Virus record (IMG/VR): IMGVR_UViG_3300037041_001083
Coordinates: 15,996-79,995 of that record
Strand: one strand, 5' to 3'
DNA length: 64,000 bases
Source of the DNA: a virus
A model generated the notes under the pieces. The model was given only the letters and a program-made list of their open reading frames with translations, did no database searches and was not told the DNA's origin. Position numbers and translations under genes: made by a program. The first letter of the stretch is position 1. Each line of letters begins with the position of its first letter. Shown here one piece after another: positions 8,549-19,280 of the stretch.

Positions 8549-11500
8549 CTATGCTGATTTTAAAAGTTCAATACTCTCTTTTAACTTTTCAATTATTACT
8601 TGCTGTTCCTGAATAGCTTTTACCAAATATGGAAACAAATCTTGGTCAATTCCTTTAATTTTTTCCCCTTCCAATTCAGGCTTAATAGATGAAATATATT
8701 TTGGACACATAGTTTCGTTTACATGTCCGGGAAATATCTTTTCAAATTCCTGAGCTATAAAACCTGTCTTAGTTTTGCCTATTTTATCTATGTATTCAAA
8801 ATGAACAGGTCTCAAATTACATATTTTGGATAAAGAATCATTCATCTCTTTGATATTTTGTTTGATTCTAATATCAGAAGACGACAACCATGATGGCGAG
8901 TCATTATATTGATGCCATATACCTACGCTCGAACAATTTCCACCAAGTCGTGATCCTAAAGCATCAGATGGATAGACATAAAACTGAAGTCCCATTGCTG
9001 CTACTGCATCTGTTGAATCCCCATAAATACCAGCATTTCTATCAGAACTGGTGCCAGCTCCTCCCCATCCAAATTTAATACCACAAGATTTTGCTCTTAC
9101 ACTTGTACCTATATACCACAAATCCAAAACAGGAGGAGTTGCATTCCCTTTTATCGCTATTCCAGAGGCATTAAATCTATGTAATGGTTCTGATGCATTG
9201 ACTCCAATGGTAAGTGCTCCTGCTGACGTTAAAAATCCTGCCAATGTATTATGGGTATAAAATGCTATTCCATCATATCCATAAAGTGCAGCGCAATCAT
9301 TGTTTCCCAAGCCACCTATTAATGAAGGTAGAATACTTCCTAATCCCGAACCACCAGCAACAGCAAGAGCATATCCTTCTCTTAATGAATAATAATTTGC
9401 TGTCGGAGTAGCAAATGCATTAACAGATACTGCCCCTTTTATTATATTGGCAACATTTCCAGCAGTCGGGCCTATTATACATGTGCCTGTCTGGTCACAA
9501 GAGAAGGCATTTATCCAAGTAATCGGCCCTGTCCCATTTGCTGCTACAGCTATTGTTACTCCTGCTGCTGCTGTTCCATCGAATAGTTGGATTCTTGCCG
9601 CCCCTTTTGCATCATTTATTCTGTTACCTGATGGCTTTACTACGTTTGCATCCCAATAATGAATGTTGGCATCTTTCCAAAATATTGATTGCCCTAATGT
9701 TAATGCCGTAATTGTATCCGCAGCAGTAAGATTCAATAAGGATAACGAAATGCTACTTGTCCATACTGGAGTCGCAGTACCTCCAGAAGTTAGAACTTGC
9801 CCTGCTACACCAGCAGCTAGTGCCATAGGAGTTGCTTTGCCGCCTACTACTGTACCTCCATAAATCATTTGTCCAAGAGCAGTCATAGGATTGGTAAGGA
9901 TACTCGAAATAGCTACACCGCTGTCTTTAGGTATTGTTCCGTTCGTAGTGCTCCATGTCATAATATTATCTGCAACACTTGATGCTATTGCGGTTACTTG
10001 TTTGTTATTTGTTACATTACTTAATCCTGCCTGAGTAGGAGTAATTGAAATTCCCACCGTTGCTGCTGCGGTCAATCGCCCCTGCTGGTCAACTGTGAAA
10101 GTCGCTACCGATGATGCAGAACCATACGGATTCGGAGTTACCGCAGTATTCGCAAGAGAGAGTGTTCTTGTTGAAGTTAAATCACCACCACCCGATAACC
10201 CTGTGCTTGTAGAAATAGACACTGTTGAATGGTCAATATGCCTATTTGTAACATTATGCGCTGATACTGCTGCTGCCGCTGTTCCTGCTGCATCTGCGCC
10301 GACTTGACTATATGTTGTGCCATGAGGATTTGATGTACTGGCAATGTGTCCTGATACGCTGGTAGCCAAAATTCCGCTGTCTGCTGGTAAATCTCCTGAT
10401 ATAGCTCCCCATGTCATTATGTTGCCGATAACGGCAGAGGCTATTTTCTTAACCTGAGCATTATCAGTCACGTTGCCTAAACCTACATGCGTCTTTGTAG
10501 TCCCATGTGGGTTATTCGCAATATATCCAATATGAGTTTGAATATTAGCATTAGCTGGCTCTGCTCCTGCTTGCGCTGGAGATATTGAAATTGCTACTGT
10601 CGCCGCTGCTGTTAATCGACCTTGTGCATCCACCGTAAAAGTTGCAACAGATGCCGCTCCTCCGTATGGATTTGCCGTTACTGTCGTGTTATTTAATGTG
10701 GCTTTTATTCCATTTGCGTCTGGTATGGCTAAATTTATTGTAGTGCTGTTTTGTACTACCGCATTGGCCTTAATTCCATTTGCGTCAGGAACAGACATGG
10801 TTACTGAATTGCTATTTTGTACAACAATACCATGCCTATGGTCACTTCTGGACAAGGTTGTTGATGTCCCTATTTGTCCTGTTGACAAAGTTGTTGATAA
10901 CGGAGTTGTATCGCTATAGGCATATGAAGTGATAGGAATAACCTGCATTGTATCTGCATCTCTCGCATATCCTACCGACACTTGATAGTTAGGCGCTGCT
11001 GGTTTTACTTCGGTTATTTTTCCAGCCGTTGTTGCACTTAGGAACTGCTCTGCACCTGCTGTCCTTGTGTATCCTGCTGCAACAAATCCCTTCAAACGTC
11101 CATACTCTTGAATATTGATTGGCGACCCTGCCACAACTGCTTTAGGAGCAAATCCTACAAACCTTCGTGAACGAACTTCATTCGTTGCGTCGGTCTTGTA
11201 AACACGACCTGCGGTACGGCCTCCATCAGTAGCTCCGGGTGAAATGTAAACTGAGTCAAGGTCATCGAGATTTTCACCTGCAACAAATTCTGTGTAAAGG
11301 GTTTCCTGTGCGCCCAGCATACCAACTTGGCCGGGAACAAGTTTTAGGTTGTCATTACCAACCAGCAAATTGTTTCCAGAACGACGGGCAACAATGTAAG
11401 TAGTGTCGTCGGTAGGTACTGTTTCTGGAGTGGCAGTATTTAGCGTTAAATTGGCTGCTGCTGTGCCTGTTCGGTTCACGGTAACATAAACTACATGAGT

Positions 11501-13984
11501 TGCTGGTATAGCCTTGGTTTGGGCTAAAATCGTGTTTCTGATATTGAATAGTCCACCAATTTGCACATAAGCATTCAGTGAGCAAATCAAGCTGGAGCCA
11601 TTCCAGTACCAATCACCACCTTCAATGAGTTTCATCGTCTTATCTTGACGGCAAATCAATGCTTGTAACTTGGCTCGATTACCAAGGGTAACAAATGCTT
11701 TTTGAGCATCATCCTGTGTAGCGGTAAGTATCTCTCCATCGAATTGAGGAGTATCAGTTGTGATTGCGTCGGAAGGATGAGCAGCAGTGTCCGAGCGTCC
11801 CAACAATGAATTATGAGTTGTTGCAGAAGCAGTATTGGTGGAAGTAAGCGACCTTGAATTTCGCAAGTCAAGTGGTTCAGCTACCAGTTTACAATTTGTT
11901 GTTCCACCCGAACCTAAGACATATTGGAAAGTCATTCGATATAACGGCTTAAATTCCTGACTTGGCAAGGTTGATAACGAAGGAAATTGTTCTTCTGCCG
12001 CAGCATTGTAATTTGGATATTCAACCTGTTGTTGAACTAAAATCACTACACCACTATGAAAATTGGACGCAAATGCAAACACATTGAAAAAGTATGTGTC
12101 TGTTACTGGAGTTTGAACGCCAGTGCTTGGATTGTTTAACTGAGGAACACCAGCTAAATGTTTGATTGGTAATCCAGTCGTGTTCGTATCCCATGTCCAC
12201 GCCATAGTGGTAGGCCGCATGTACAGAATATCGTATTTGGCATTGGATAAGTCTTGGTCAAATTTTTGCGTTGGAGTTACAGTATCGTTTGCTGTTATTT
12301 CAATATCCTCATCCGCAATCGTGCCACCACCAATTATGACTTTAATTGCAGCATCGGATGCCACGTTTAATGTATAACCAGATTTTGCAAATCCAGAACT
12401 ATATTGAGTGCCAATATATTTATGTTTCCAAGTGTGCTCGTAAGCGGTTAATTTAATGGAATGCCTTTCTTCCATTAATTTACCTTTGATACCAACACTA
12501 TCCCATAAAACCGCTGCGACAGGTATGTTTAAATTTCGTGTCCAAACGTATTGTTGTGTAGTTAATATGCCTAGTTCACTTAACCAGAAAAAGTGAATAC
12601 CATCGACATCAGGGTGAGGTAATACTGACGGAGTTGTTTTAGTCTGTAGTTTACCTCCCGATAAATAAACCTCGTAATTTGCAGCAACAGGAGCGATTGT
12701 CACTTCTCTGTTTGTTTGATTATAAGTTAGATTTGATTGTGCCGCATTAACATGTCCAACAGGATCAAAAGTCTTACCATGAACCTGACTTAGTTTACTA
12801 AGTGCAACAGCGTAACTATCAGCAGTATCAAATACTGAGGTATCAGTATATTCTACATAAGAATTTTCACTTACAATAGCCAAACGGTTACGGATTTTTT
12901 GCGGTAAATCCATACCAATATTTGCTACTTCTCCTGAATCTAATTCAGGAATGTCCATCATTCCATAAACTGTTCCACCACGTCGGAAAAACAACACAAT
13001 AATTCTTGGTGAATGTCCGGTTGCGAGTGGGCTAACTGGCACATCGGGCAAATACTCGGTGACGACTGCAAGATTTCCGACAGGTGCTCCATCGGGAACT
13101 TCAACATACAAACATTGCCCATCGAGGATAGGGTACGATCCAGATGCCACGGTATAAGCCGCTGGCCTCCCAGCAATTTCAAGTTTGATACTAGCTGACC
13201 ACCCAAGGGTATTGTCTCCTGCAAGGGCTTGCTCGAATCCGACATCGCCACCTCCAGTTACAAAAAAGTTTTGAAATTCACGGATGCGCTTAATTGTGCT
13301 CCAAGGAACCGCCTCTTGTTCATTTCCCTTCAACTCGGCAATCAATGCCAAAAGGGTATCGAGGTATTCGCGCAAGGTCGTAATGCTGTCGTATTGATCG
13401 CCTCTGTCAGCCGTAGGAAGCAAGGCTGCTGGAGTTGGTCGCCACAAGTGATCCTGAGTCCGAGTAGCTGAAACAACATCGGTAGTATCGGTTACAACAG
13501 TCCACAGAGGTAAATAATCCGATGACAATGGCGAAGTGCTGGAAATAAATTCTTCTTCAATGAACACCTTAATGTTCATGTCGTCGAAAAACTCCTCGCC
13601 TGTCGTTCCAAGGTCAGTGTTCCAAAATGGACGAGTTTGCAAGTCTCCCTTGGTATATTTAACCCTCACACCAACATAGTTAGTGCTACTTGGAGCCAGT
13701 GTTACATCGAAATATGGATAACCAGATGTAGTGGCATTCATGAAAATAAAATCAAAAAGGCTATCGACAAATTTGCGCTCAATATCCCTTCTGACTTTGA
13801 AAGTCAATCCGCTATGAGTGCCTTCCTCATATAATTTCACCAGCTTTTTACCAGTGGCATCAAGGAACACTTGAGTATAAAACTTAAAATCAGCTACAGC
13901 CCTATCCTTGAGAGTAATAAAATCAGGTAAGTTTACTCGTTCATTACCCTCAAAATTTGCGTGGTATCTATCTAATAAGCCCAT
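8549..13984 (-). CDS. Tail fibre / receptor-binding protein with C-terminal intramolecular chaperone (peptidase S74)
   Basis: 1811 aa; Gly/Thr/Ala-rich fibre repeats (NPHGTT..VG, TFTVD.QGRLTAA). C-terminal SSDIRIKQNI...LRPVHF...GFIAQE...YLVKAIQEQQ coiled coil. Confidence 0.9.
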   Translation of the reverse strand: MGLLDRYHANFEGNERVNLPDFITLKDRAVADFKFYTQVFLDATGKKLVKLYEEGTHSGLTFKVRRDIERKFVDSLFDFIFMNATTSGYPYFDVTLAPSSTNYVGVRVKYTKGDLQTRPFWNTDLGTTGEEFFDDMNIKVFIEEEFISSTSPLSSDYLPLWTVVTDTTDVVSATRTQDHLWRPTPAALLPTADRGDQYDSITTLREYLDTLLALIAELKGNEQEAVPWSTIKRIREFQNFFVTGGGDVGFEQALAGDNTLGWSASIKLEIAGRPAAYTVASGSYPILDGQCLYVEVPDGAPVGNLAVVTEYLPDVPVSPLATGHSPRIIVLFFRRGGTVYGMMDIPELDSGEVANIGMDLPQKIRNRLAIVSENSYVEYTDTSVFDTADSYAVALSKLSQVHGKTFDPVGHVNAAQSNLTYNQTNREVTIAPVAANYEVYLSGGKLQTKTTPSVLPHPDVDGIHFFWLSELGILTTQQYVWTRNLNIPVAAVLWDSVGIKGKLMEERHSIKLTAYEHTWKHKYIGTQYSSGFAKSGYTLNVASDAAIKVIIGGGTIADEDIEITANDTVTPTQKFDQDLSNAKYDILYMRPTTMAWTWDTNTTGLPIKHLAGVPQLNNPSTGVQTPVTDTYFFNVFAFASNFHSGVVILVQQQVEYPNYNAAAEEQFPSLSTLPSQEFKPLYRMTFQYVLGSGGTTNCKLVAEPLDLRNSRSLTSTNTASATTHNSLLGRSDTAAHPSDAITTDTPQFDGEILTATQDDAQKAFVTLGNRAKLQALICRQDKTMKLIEGGDWYWNGSSLICSLNAYVQIGGLFNIRNTILAQTKAIPATHVVYVTVNRTGTAAANLTLNTATPETVPTDDTTYIVARRSGNNLLVGNDNLKLVPGQVGMLGAQETLYTEFVAGENLDDLDSVYISPGATDGGRTAGRVYKTDATNEVRSRRFVGFAPKAVVAGSPINIQEYGRLKGFVAAGYTRTAGAEQFLSATTAGKITEVKPAAPNYQVSVGYARDADTMQVIPITSYAYSDTTPLSTTLSTGQIGTSTTLSRSDHRHGIVVQNSNSVTMSVPDANGIKANAVVQNSTTINLAIPDANGIKATLNNTTVTANPYGGAASVATFTVDAQGRLTAAATVAISISPAQAGAEPANANIQTHIGYIANNPHGTTKTHVGLGNVTDNAQVKKIASAVIGNIMTWGAISGDLPADSGILATSVSGHIASTSNPHGTTYSQVGADAAGTAAAAVSAHNVTNRHIDHSTVSISTSTGLSGGGDLTSTRTLSLANTAVTPNPYGSASSVATFTVDQQGRLTAAATVGISITPTQAGLSNVTNNKQVTAIASSVADNIMTWSTTNGTIPKDSGVAISSILTNPMTALGQMIYGGTVVGGKATPMALAAGVAGQVLTSGGTATPVWTSSISLSLLNLTAADTITALTLGQSIFWKDANIHYWDANVVKPSGNRINDAKGAARIQLFDGTAAAGVTIAVAANGTGPITWINAFSCDQTGTCIIGPTAGNVANIIKGAVSVNAFATPTANYYSLREGYALAVAGGSGLGSILPSLIGGLGNNDCAALYGYDGIAFYTHNTLAGFLTSAGALTIGVNASEPLHRFNASGIAIKGNATPPVLDLWYIGTSVRAKSCGIKFGWGGAGTSSDRNAGIYGDSTDAVAAMGLQFYVYPSDALGSRLGGNCSSVGIWHQYNDSPSWLSSSDIRIKQNIKEMNDSLSKICNLRPVHFEYIDKIGKTKTGFIAQEFEKIFPGHVNETMCPKYISSIKPELEGEKIKGIDQDLFPYLVKAIQEQQVIIEKLKESIELLKSA

Positions 13985-13993
13985 ACGTTGCTC

Positions 13994-15370
13994 CTACACA
14001 AAGTCAATTTTAAGTTTGAAACCAGTAACCTTAACTCGCTTTAATACACTCAAAAACTGATCTCTTAAAGAATCCGAATCCACCAAGTAAAAAGGCCAAT
14101 CTTCCCCTGTTTTTGTCACCGTAGGCTTCATCGACATCAGGTTGACAGGCTCATCAATCGCATGATCGAACTTAAACACATAGTCAGGATCAATCATCAG
14201 GATAGAGTTGTTTCCCAGTGCTCGCCCACGACAAGGTATCATTTCTTCGTTGTCACGACTAAAATTCAGTTTAACAACACAATTCACCGGATCAAAGTCA
14301 GCTCCATTGAAAACATCAATCGAGGCTGCGGAACTGCCAGCAGAAATTGTAGCATCAAGCTTTGTTTTAATATTACGATGAATGATAGGCACAAAAACAG
14401 GCTCACCTGAACTATGTGCATATTGGGTTACTCCAGCTAAGAGCATAATATTTCCTGATAATGTATATGCCTTAACATCATATTCTGTCGTTAAAGTATC
14501 GCCAATTACCACGATTCCGGTAGTTGGAAAAAACTCGCTAAGGTAACTGAGTTCAATCGAAGTTACTCCTGCCGAATAGGAGCCTAATACAGTGCTATCT
14601 TTCCTTACATCATAAAGGTATCCACTTGGGTAATCATCGCATTTGAGTGGCCCTGTAAGTGGTTTGCCAGCATTGAAAGCATAGAAGGTCGGGCTTTGAA
14701 AAGTTACCAAATTTCCAACTCTGGTAAATCCTTTTATTTCATATTCGGTATCCGAAGGATCGCCAACTTCCATAATTCCACTGTCAGGACATCCAACTGG
14801 TACGGACGACATCAATAAAGTGGAACTCTCACGAGGAACATAATTTAAAATAGTTCCTTCCCACGGAGTCCATTTCTGACCTGTATATGGAACATCCACT
14901 GTGCGATGAATATAACTCGAACCATAAAGGTCACGACTGGAGGCAATAATCATTGCTGTTTTTGAGATTCTTACAACAACTTCATGCGGCCTATACATGT
15001 AAACATCAGCATATCCACGCTCAAAAACTCGATCACCAAAAAATATTTTAAGCAAACGCTCAAAACAATATTCAATATTTTTTTTGCCATTTGCTACAGT
15101 CTTTATCAATTTCCTGTAAATAGGATCAGTCATTTTGGAACCACGAGGCTTAAACACATCGAGGTTAGCTCCCCACACTTCCAAGTGAACTCGCACCGCA
15201 GAGGAAAGCTGGAATTGAAGCTTTGCGTTTTGTATATCCTCGGCTGATATGTTTAATTGGTCGCCAAATATGTCAAGGATAAGACCAAGATTAGTTCCAT
15301 CCTGAGTATTAAAAGCTGGCGCAGGAAAATATCGTTTCAACTCCGTTTTTACATCCGAAAAGTCAGACAT
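13994..15370 (-). CDS. Baseplate wedge subunit (P2 gpI-like position)
   Basis: Sits between baseplate J and the fibre; HLEVWG...MTDPIYR motif. Confidence 0.6.
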   Translation of the reverse strand: MSDFSDVKTELKRYFPAPAFNTQDGTNLGLILDIFGDQLNISAEDIQNAKLQFQLSSAVRVHLEVWGANLDVFKPRGSKMTDPIYRKLIKTVANGKKNIEYCFERLLKIFFGDRVFERGYADVYMYRPHEVVVRISKTAMIIASSRDLYGSSYIHRTVDVPYTGQKWTPWEGTILNYVPRESSTLLMSSVPVGCPDSGIMEVGDPSDTEYEIKGFTRVGNLVTFQSPTFYAFNAGKPLTGPLKCDDYPSGYLYDVRKDSTVLGSYSAGVTSIELSYLSEFFPTTGIVVIGDTLTTEYDVKAYTLSGNIMLLAGVTQYAHSSGEPVFVPIIHRNIKTKLDATISAGSSAASIDVFNGADFDPVNCVVKLNFSRDNEEMIPCRGRALGNNSILMIDPDYVFKFDHAIDEPVNLMSMKPTVTKTGEDWPFYLVDSDSLRDQFLSVLKRVKVTGFKLKIDFV

Positions 15371-15379
15371 ATAATCCCC

Positions 15380-17014
15380 TTACGTTATATTGATATTTCC
15401 TGAGTTAATACGAGCTAAATAACCGTCAGCTATTATCACATTGTCTGATGGTGTTGATATTGTTACTTCACGCACACCACGCACAAAACAAAGTGATAAT
15501 ATTTTGTGTTGAACAACACTATTTCCAATACCAAGACCGTTTATATAACTGAGGATGCTTTGCGTAATTTCAGTGACTACTTCTTCCTGTGGACGCAAGC
15601 CATCCAGCGTAATATTTCCAACAACATTGATATAATTTACCAATGGATTGCGAACCTGCACCCAACCGCCCAAACCTACAGCACCCGGCCAAGCATCTCT
15701 ATTGTCACGGTCGCCATATATCGCCTTATTAACTCCAGCAATTAATCCTGTGTAATACCTGATTGCGGTTATCTCTAGGTGATCGTTAGGCTCCAATGGT
15801 GAGTTTAAGCGGATGCATCCATAGTCAGGTGCAACCTGATATTCTTCTGCTGCTGTTCCTTGCACCATCGGAACACTATTTTTTTCAATAGTGATATTTG
15901 AAAACACATATGCAGCATTTTCCACCGGAGTACACACGATTGGTGTTTTGGCTCTTGGTACAAAAAAGTGATCCTCACCACCAATAGCTGAATCAATCAA
16001 TAATATAGGTGATGCTAAATCCTCTTGCGTTGGAGTAAATGCAGCCCCGTCATCAATATAAAGCATCGACGGTAAAGTAGGCGAAGGGTCTTCAACAACT
16101 TGTGCGAATACTGCCTTTTGTCCTTCATTGTTTACAATGTAAGTTTGCTCATAAATAGCATCCACTGTTGCTGTACTTAATGACTGTCTGTGCCGCCTTA
16201 TCCTTGCTCGAACCTCAACATCGCTTTCAACTGAACGAGCATTAGATAGTGCTGAATCATTGTAAGTTTTTGATGTCGTAAAAGGTGCTGTACCAATGAA
16301 ATCAAGGATTGTCTGGCTTGGAGTATTACCGGATGGGCCACCTACTTGTGCCGTAATATCCATTGTTCCAAGCTTCTCTCCATCATAAATAACCAATGGA
16401 GTAACTGAGGTGTACAATTTTTTTGCACTACTACTGGAGGCTCTTGTTGCTACTGTAAACGGCCCCGGATAAGTCCTATCACCAACCGTAACCAACACAA
16501 TCGTTTCACTCGCTGCATGGTCATATTGCAGCGCAGAGGTAGGATTGAATTGAATTGAAGTTTTACTGGTGTAAGTAACGTATTCAAAATTTATTGAGCC
16601 ACGAGTTCCGATTATCAAAGTTCCAGAAGCAGGAAAACCCGCTGTGCTTGAAGCATTTATAAATTGTTGTCCAGTTATCGCACCACCAGCCGAAATAACC
16701 GTGGACACCTTTGTAAGTGCCGTATCCTCGACTGTCTGCGCTCCTGTTGCATATGTTGCTTGGAACCTTGGGAGCATATCAGGATATTCGCTTATGGCTT
16801 TATCAAGCTGACTTCCACTCATTGTTTCCAAGTTTAATAATGAAAGAGCATTAATAGCTTCCTGATATAAAACGTACATTTGATCCGCTATCGCTACTGC
16901 CATGTTATCCAGCACTGTACCTAACTCCGAACTCGTGAGAGTAGACATTGCTTTCATGGTTGTTGTTATATCTAAATACATTTCCGACCGAGTTCTTGGT
17001 ATAAATGCTGGCAT
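15380..17014 (-). CDS. Baseplate J/gp47-like wedge protein
   Basis: SGSQLD...R..AT.A.G, GGPSGN, ESDVEVRARI, YINGLGIGNSV motifs. Confidence 0.85.
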   Translation of the reverse strand: MPAFIPRTRSEMYLDITTTMKAMSTLTSSELGTVLDNMAVAIADQMYVLYQEAINALSLLNLETMSGSQLDKAISEYPDMLPRFQATYATGAQTVEDTALTKVSTVISAGGAITGQQFINASSTAGFPASGTLIIGTRGSINFEYVTYTSKTSIQFNPTSALQYDHAASETIVLVTVGDRTYPGPFTVATRASSSSAKKLYTSVTPLVIYDGEKLGTMDITAQVGGPSGNTPSQTILDFIGTAPFTTSKTYNDSALSNARSVESDVEVRARIRRHRQSLSTATVDAIYEQTYIVNNEGQKAVFAQVVEDPSPTLPSMLYIDDGAAFTPTQEDLASPILLIDSAIGGEDHFFVPRAKTPIVCTPVENAAYVFSNITIEKNSVPMVQGTAAEEYQVAPDYGCIRLNSPLEPNDHLEITAIRYYTGLIAGVNKAIYGDRDNRDAWPGAVGLGGWVQVRNPLVNYINVVGNITLDGLRPQEEVVTEITQSILSYINGLGIGNSVVQHKILSLCFVRGVREVTISTPSDNVIIADGYLARINSGNINIT

Positions 17015-17015
17015 A

Positions 17016-19262
17016 TCACACCCTGCTGGTTATGACGATAGGATCGTCGTAGTTACGAACAAATACTGCAATTTTTATAAGCAAGTCTTGAGCTATTTTT
17101 TGAACACTTAATGTTTGCACACTTCGTATCCTAACGTCATCCGAAAATAAATCACTAATTTCAGCTTGCAATATCGGCAAAACAATATCTCTGCTTATTC
17201 CATTGTATTCACTTATTCCCTTGCTGATAGCTCGTCGCCAGTGACCACGTTTCATGCTGATTAATGTTTGTAAAAACTGAGACATGTTATCCTTGCCGTA
17301 AGCAAGTGATACATCATTAGCTCCAAATACAATGTCTCTACTAACAGGGTCTAGCAAAATATCGTTACCTAATGCACGTTCCTGTGGAGTAAGTATTACT
17401 GAAACATCATTTTCATTTCGCCATTTTATAACTGATACTGGCTTAGAAGATTGCTTAGGTGTTGGAAATAAAATCGAATCACCAAATGCTATTACATTTT
17501 TCAATCCATTTGCAGCAATATATTCCTTGGTAGCAAGGTATGGATACTCAAGATTGTTAAGTAAAATCAAATCAACAAATCGAGCAGGATCACCAAGCAG
17601 TTTTTTCGCAACAGTTTGAATACTATCACCAGCAGCAACCGTTGCTACACGGTAATCAGCATTGGCAGAATCAATATTTTTTAACGATGCTTTAAAATCA
17701 TCCTTCCATAGTGCCGCTGAGATCGTAGACTGAGTGCTCGGTGGAAGTAACGATGAACCTGCAAAATCCTGCCCGGGAGTATTGGAAGAACTAAAGTTTG
17801 CCACTTTCCCAAGCGCACTATTTCCGGGCGTAACCGATGTTTTTGAATTGTCGATTGCTTGCAATACTGACCTACTGATTGAACCCTCAAGCGCAGAGAT
17901 TCGTGATTCAAGTCCAGCAAATTTTTTACTTGTCAAACCGTCAATTTCGTCCTTGGCTTTTTGAGCTGCTACCGTAGTCGCATCAACACCTGTTTGCGAA
18001 CTTCCAGAGCCTACCAGCGTTGATCCCGTACCGGATGCTGGCAAGGTCGCATTCTTCATTCCATCACGATTGGAACCAAGCATTTTTTCAATCGCTGGTG
18101 GTTTGGATGCTGCACCCTTTTTGATTCCTTCAATCCAGCTAACAGCCGTACCTTGTGGATCAGAAAATATAGCCATTGCATCACTAGCTGCTTTTTCAAT
18201 CATAAGTGCTTTATTGTTTGGCTTAGGCTCAAAAAACTTATCAATAAGCAACACTCGTTCCACAGCCTTTTCAGCGAGAAATACTGCAAAAACTACACCA
18301 TTAGGAGCACCCAGTCTCTCAAGTGTAAATGCAGTTGCTCGCAAATTATTTACCAGTGATTTGACGACATCTCGTGTAAAATGCTGCAAACTTGTACCAA
18401 ATATTTGACCTGTTTTTATATCAGCCAAAATATTTCCAAGCTGCAATAATGGACGAAATACTGTGTCGAGAAAGTCAGCATACAATGCAGTTATTTGTCC
18501 AATGAGCGAGTTTATCCTGTCGATTGTTTCAGCTACCATTTGGACAATATCAAGAACAGAACGAAGTCCGGGAACCGAGTCAATTAAAGCCTCAAGTAAA
18601 CCCTTTGCATCCTTACCATCATAAGGGTACAGAGCTTCCAATGTTATGTTGTAGGTAAAATTAAATCTATGCTCAATCGCATCCTCTGACCAGAATTGTT
18701 TTGGTTCAACAACCCAAGCCTCCTGACGCTTAACTGAAACATAAATCAAGGATAAATCCTGTTTGTAATTTCCAAACCTTTTTAAATAAGCATATCGCCT
18801 AAATACATTTTGAAGAAACTTAAATCCCTCAAGTCCTGAGCCAACACCGCTGGAAGGTAATTTTGCCCCTTCTTGATTAGGATATAAGCCACATGTTCCT
18901 TGTATTTGAATTTCCTTGCTGGGTGATCCTTCACTCTGAATTAACTTTCCACCACCTTGAGTTGGTGTAATAGTCATTGCATGAGGTTCAATTACCACTT
19001 CCCTTTGTGGAGCAATTAAAAAAGGAATTTTGTAAGACAGTCCACCACTTTTAAGGATGAACGCATAGTCCTCTGAACGTGATTTTATTCCATGCCACTT
19101 CGACCTATCAACTTTGTTTTCCGAAAATTGCTTTATATCCGATTCCTGCTCGTATAATTTTGACCATTTATCCACTAATAAATCAGTCAATAGCGTTTGG
19201 ACAAGTGCTAGAGATGACTCATTCACCGCATCATCAACACCTGTTTCAAAACTTAAAGCCAT
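17016..19262 (-). CDS. Baseplate protein: tube-initiator-like N-domain, LysM and gp25/W-like C-domain
   Basis: LysM-like VAAGDSIQTVAKKLLGD...LNNL. The C-terminal LGNDILLD...G.DNMSQ...DVRIRSV resembles a sheath initiator. Confidence 0.6.
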   Translation of the reverse strand: MALSFETGVDDAVNESSLALVQTLLTDLLVDKWSKLYEQESDIKQFSENKVDRSKWHGIKSRSEDYAFILKSGGLSYKIPFLIAPQREVVIEPHAMTITPTQGGGKLIQSEGSPSKEIQIQGTCGLYPNQEGAKLPSSGVGSGLEGFKFLQNVFRRYAYLKRFGNYKQDLSLIYVSVKRQEAWVVEPKQFWSEDAIEHRFNFTYNITLEALYPYDGKDAKGLLEALIDSVPGLRSVLDIVQMVAETIDRINSLIGQITALYADFLDTVFRPLLQLGNILADIKTGQIFGTSLQHFTRDVVKSLVNNLRATAFTLERLGAPNGVVFAVFLAEKAVERVLLIDKFFEPKPNNKALMIEKAASDAMAIFSDPQGTAVSWIEGIKKGAASKPPAIEKMLGSNRDGMKNATLPASGTGSTLVGSGSSQTGVDATTVAAQKAKDEIDGLTSKKFAGLESRISALEGSISRSVLQAIDNSKTSVTPGNSALGKVANFSSSNTPGQDFAGSSLLPPSTQSTISAALWKDDFKASLKNIDSANADYRVATVAAGDSIQTVAKKLLGDPARFVDLILLNNLEYPYLATKEYIAANGLKNVIAFGDSILFPTPKQSSKPVSVIKWRNENDVSVILTPQERALGNDILLDPVSRDIVFGANDVSLAYGKDNMSQFLQTLISMKRGHWRRAISKGISEYNGISRDIVLPILQAEISDLFSDDVRIRSVQTLSVQKIAQDLLIKIAVFVRNYDDPIVITSRV

Positions 19263-19280
19263 GAGTAACCTCCGCTATTT

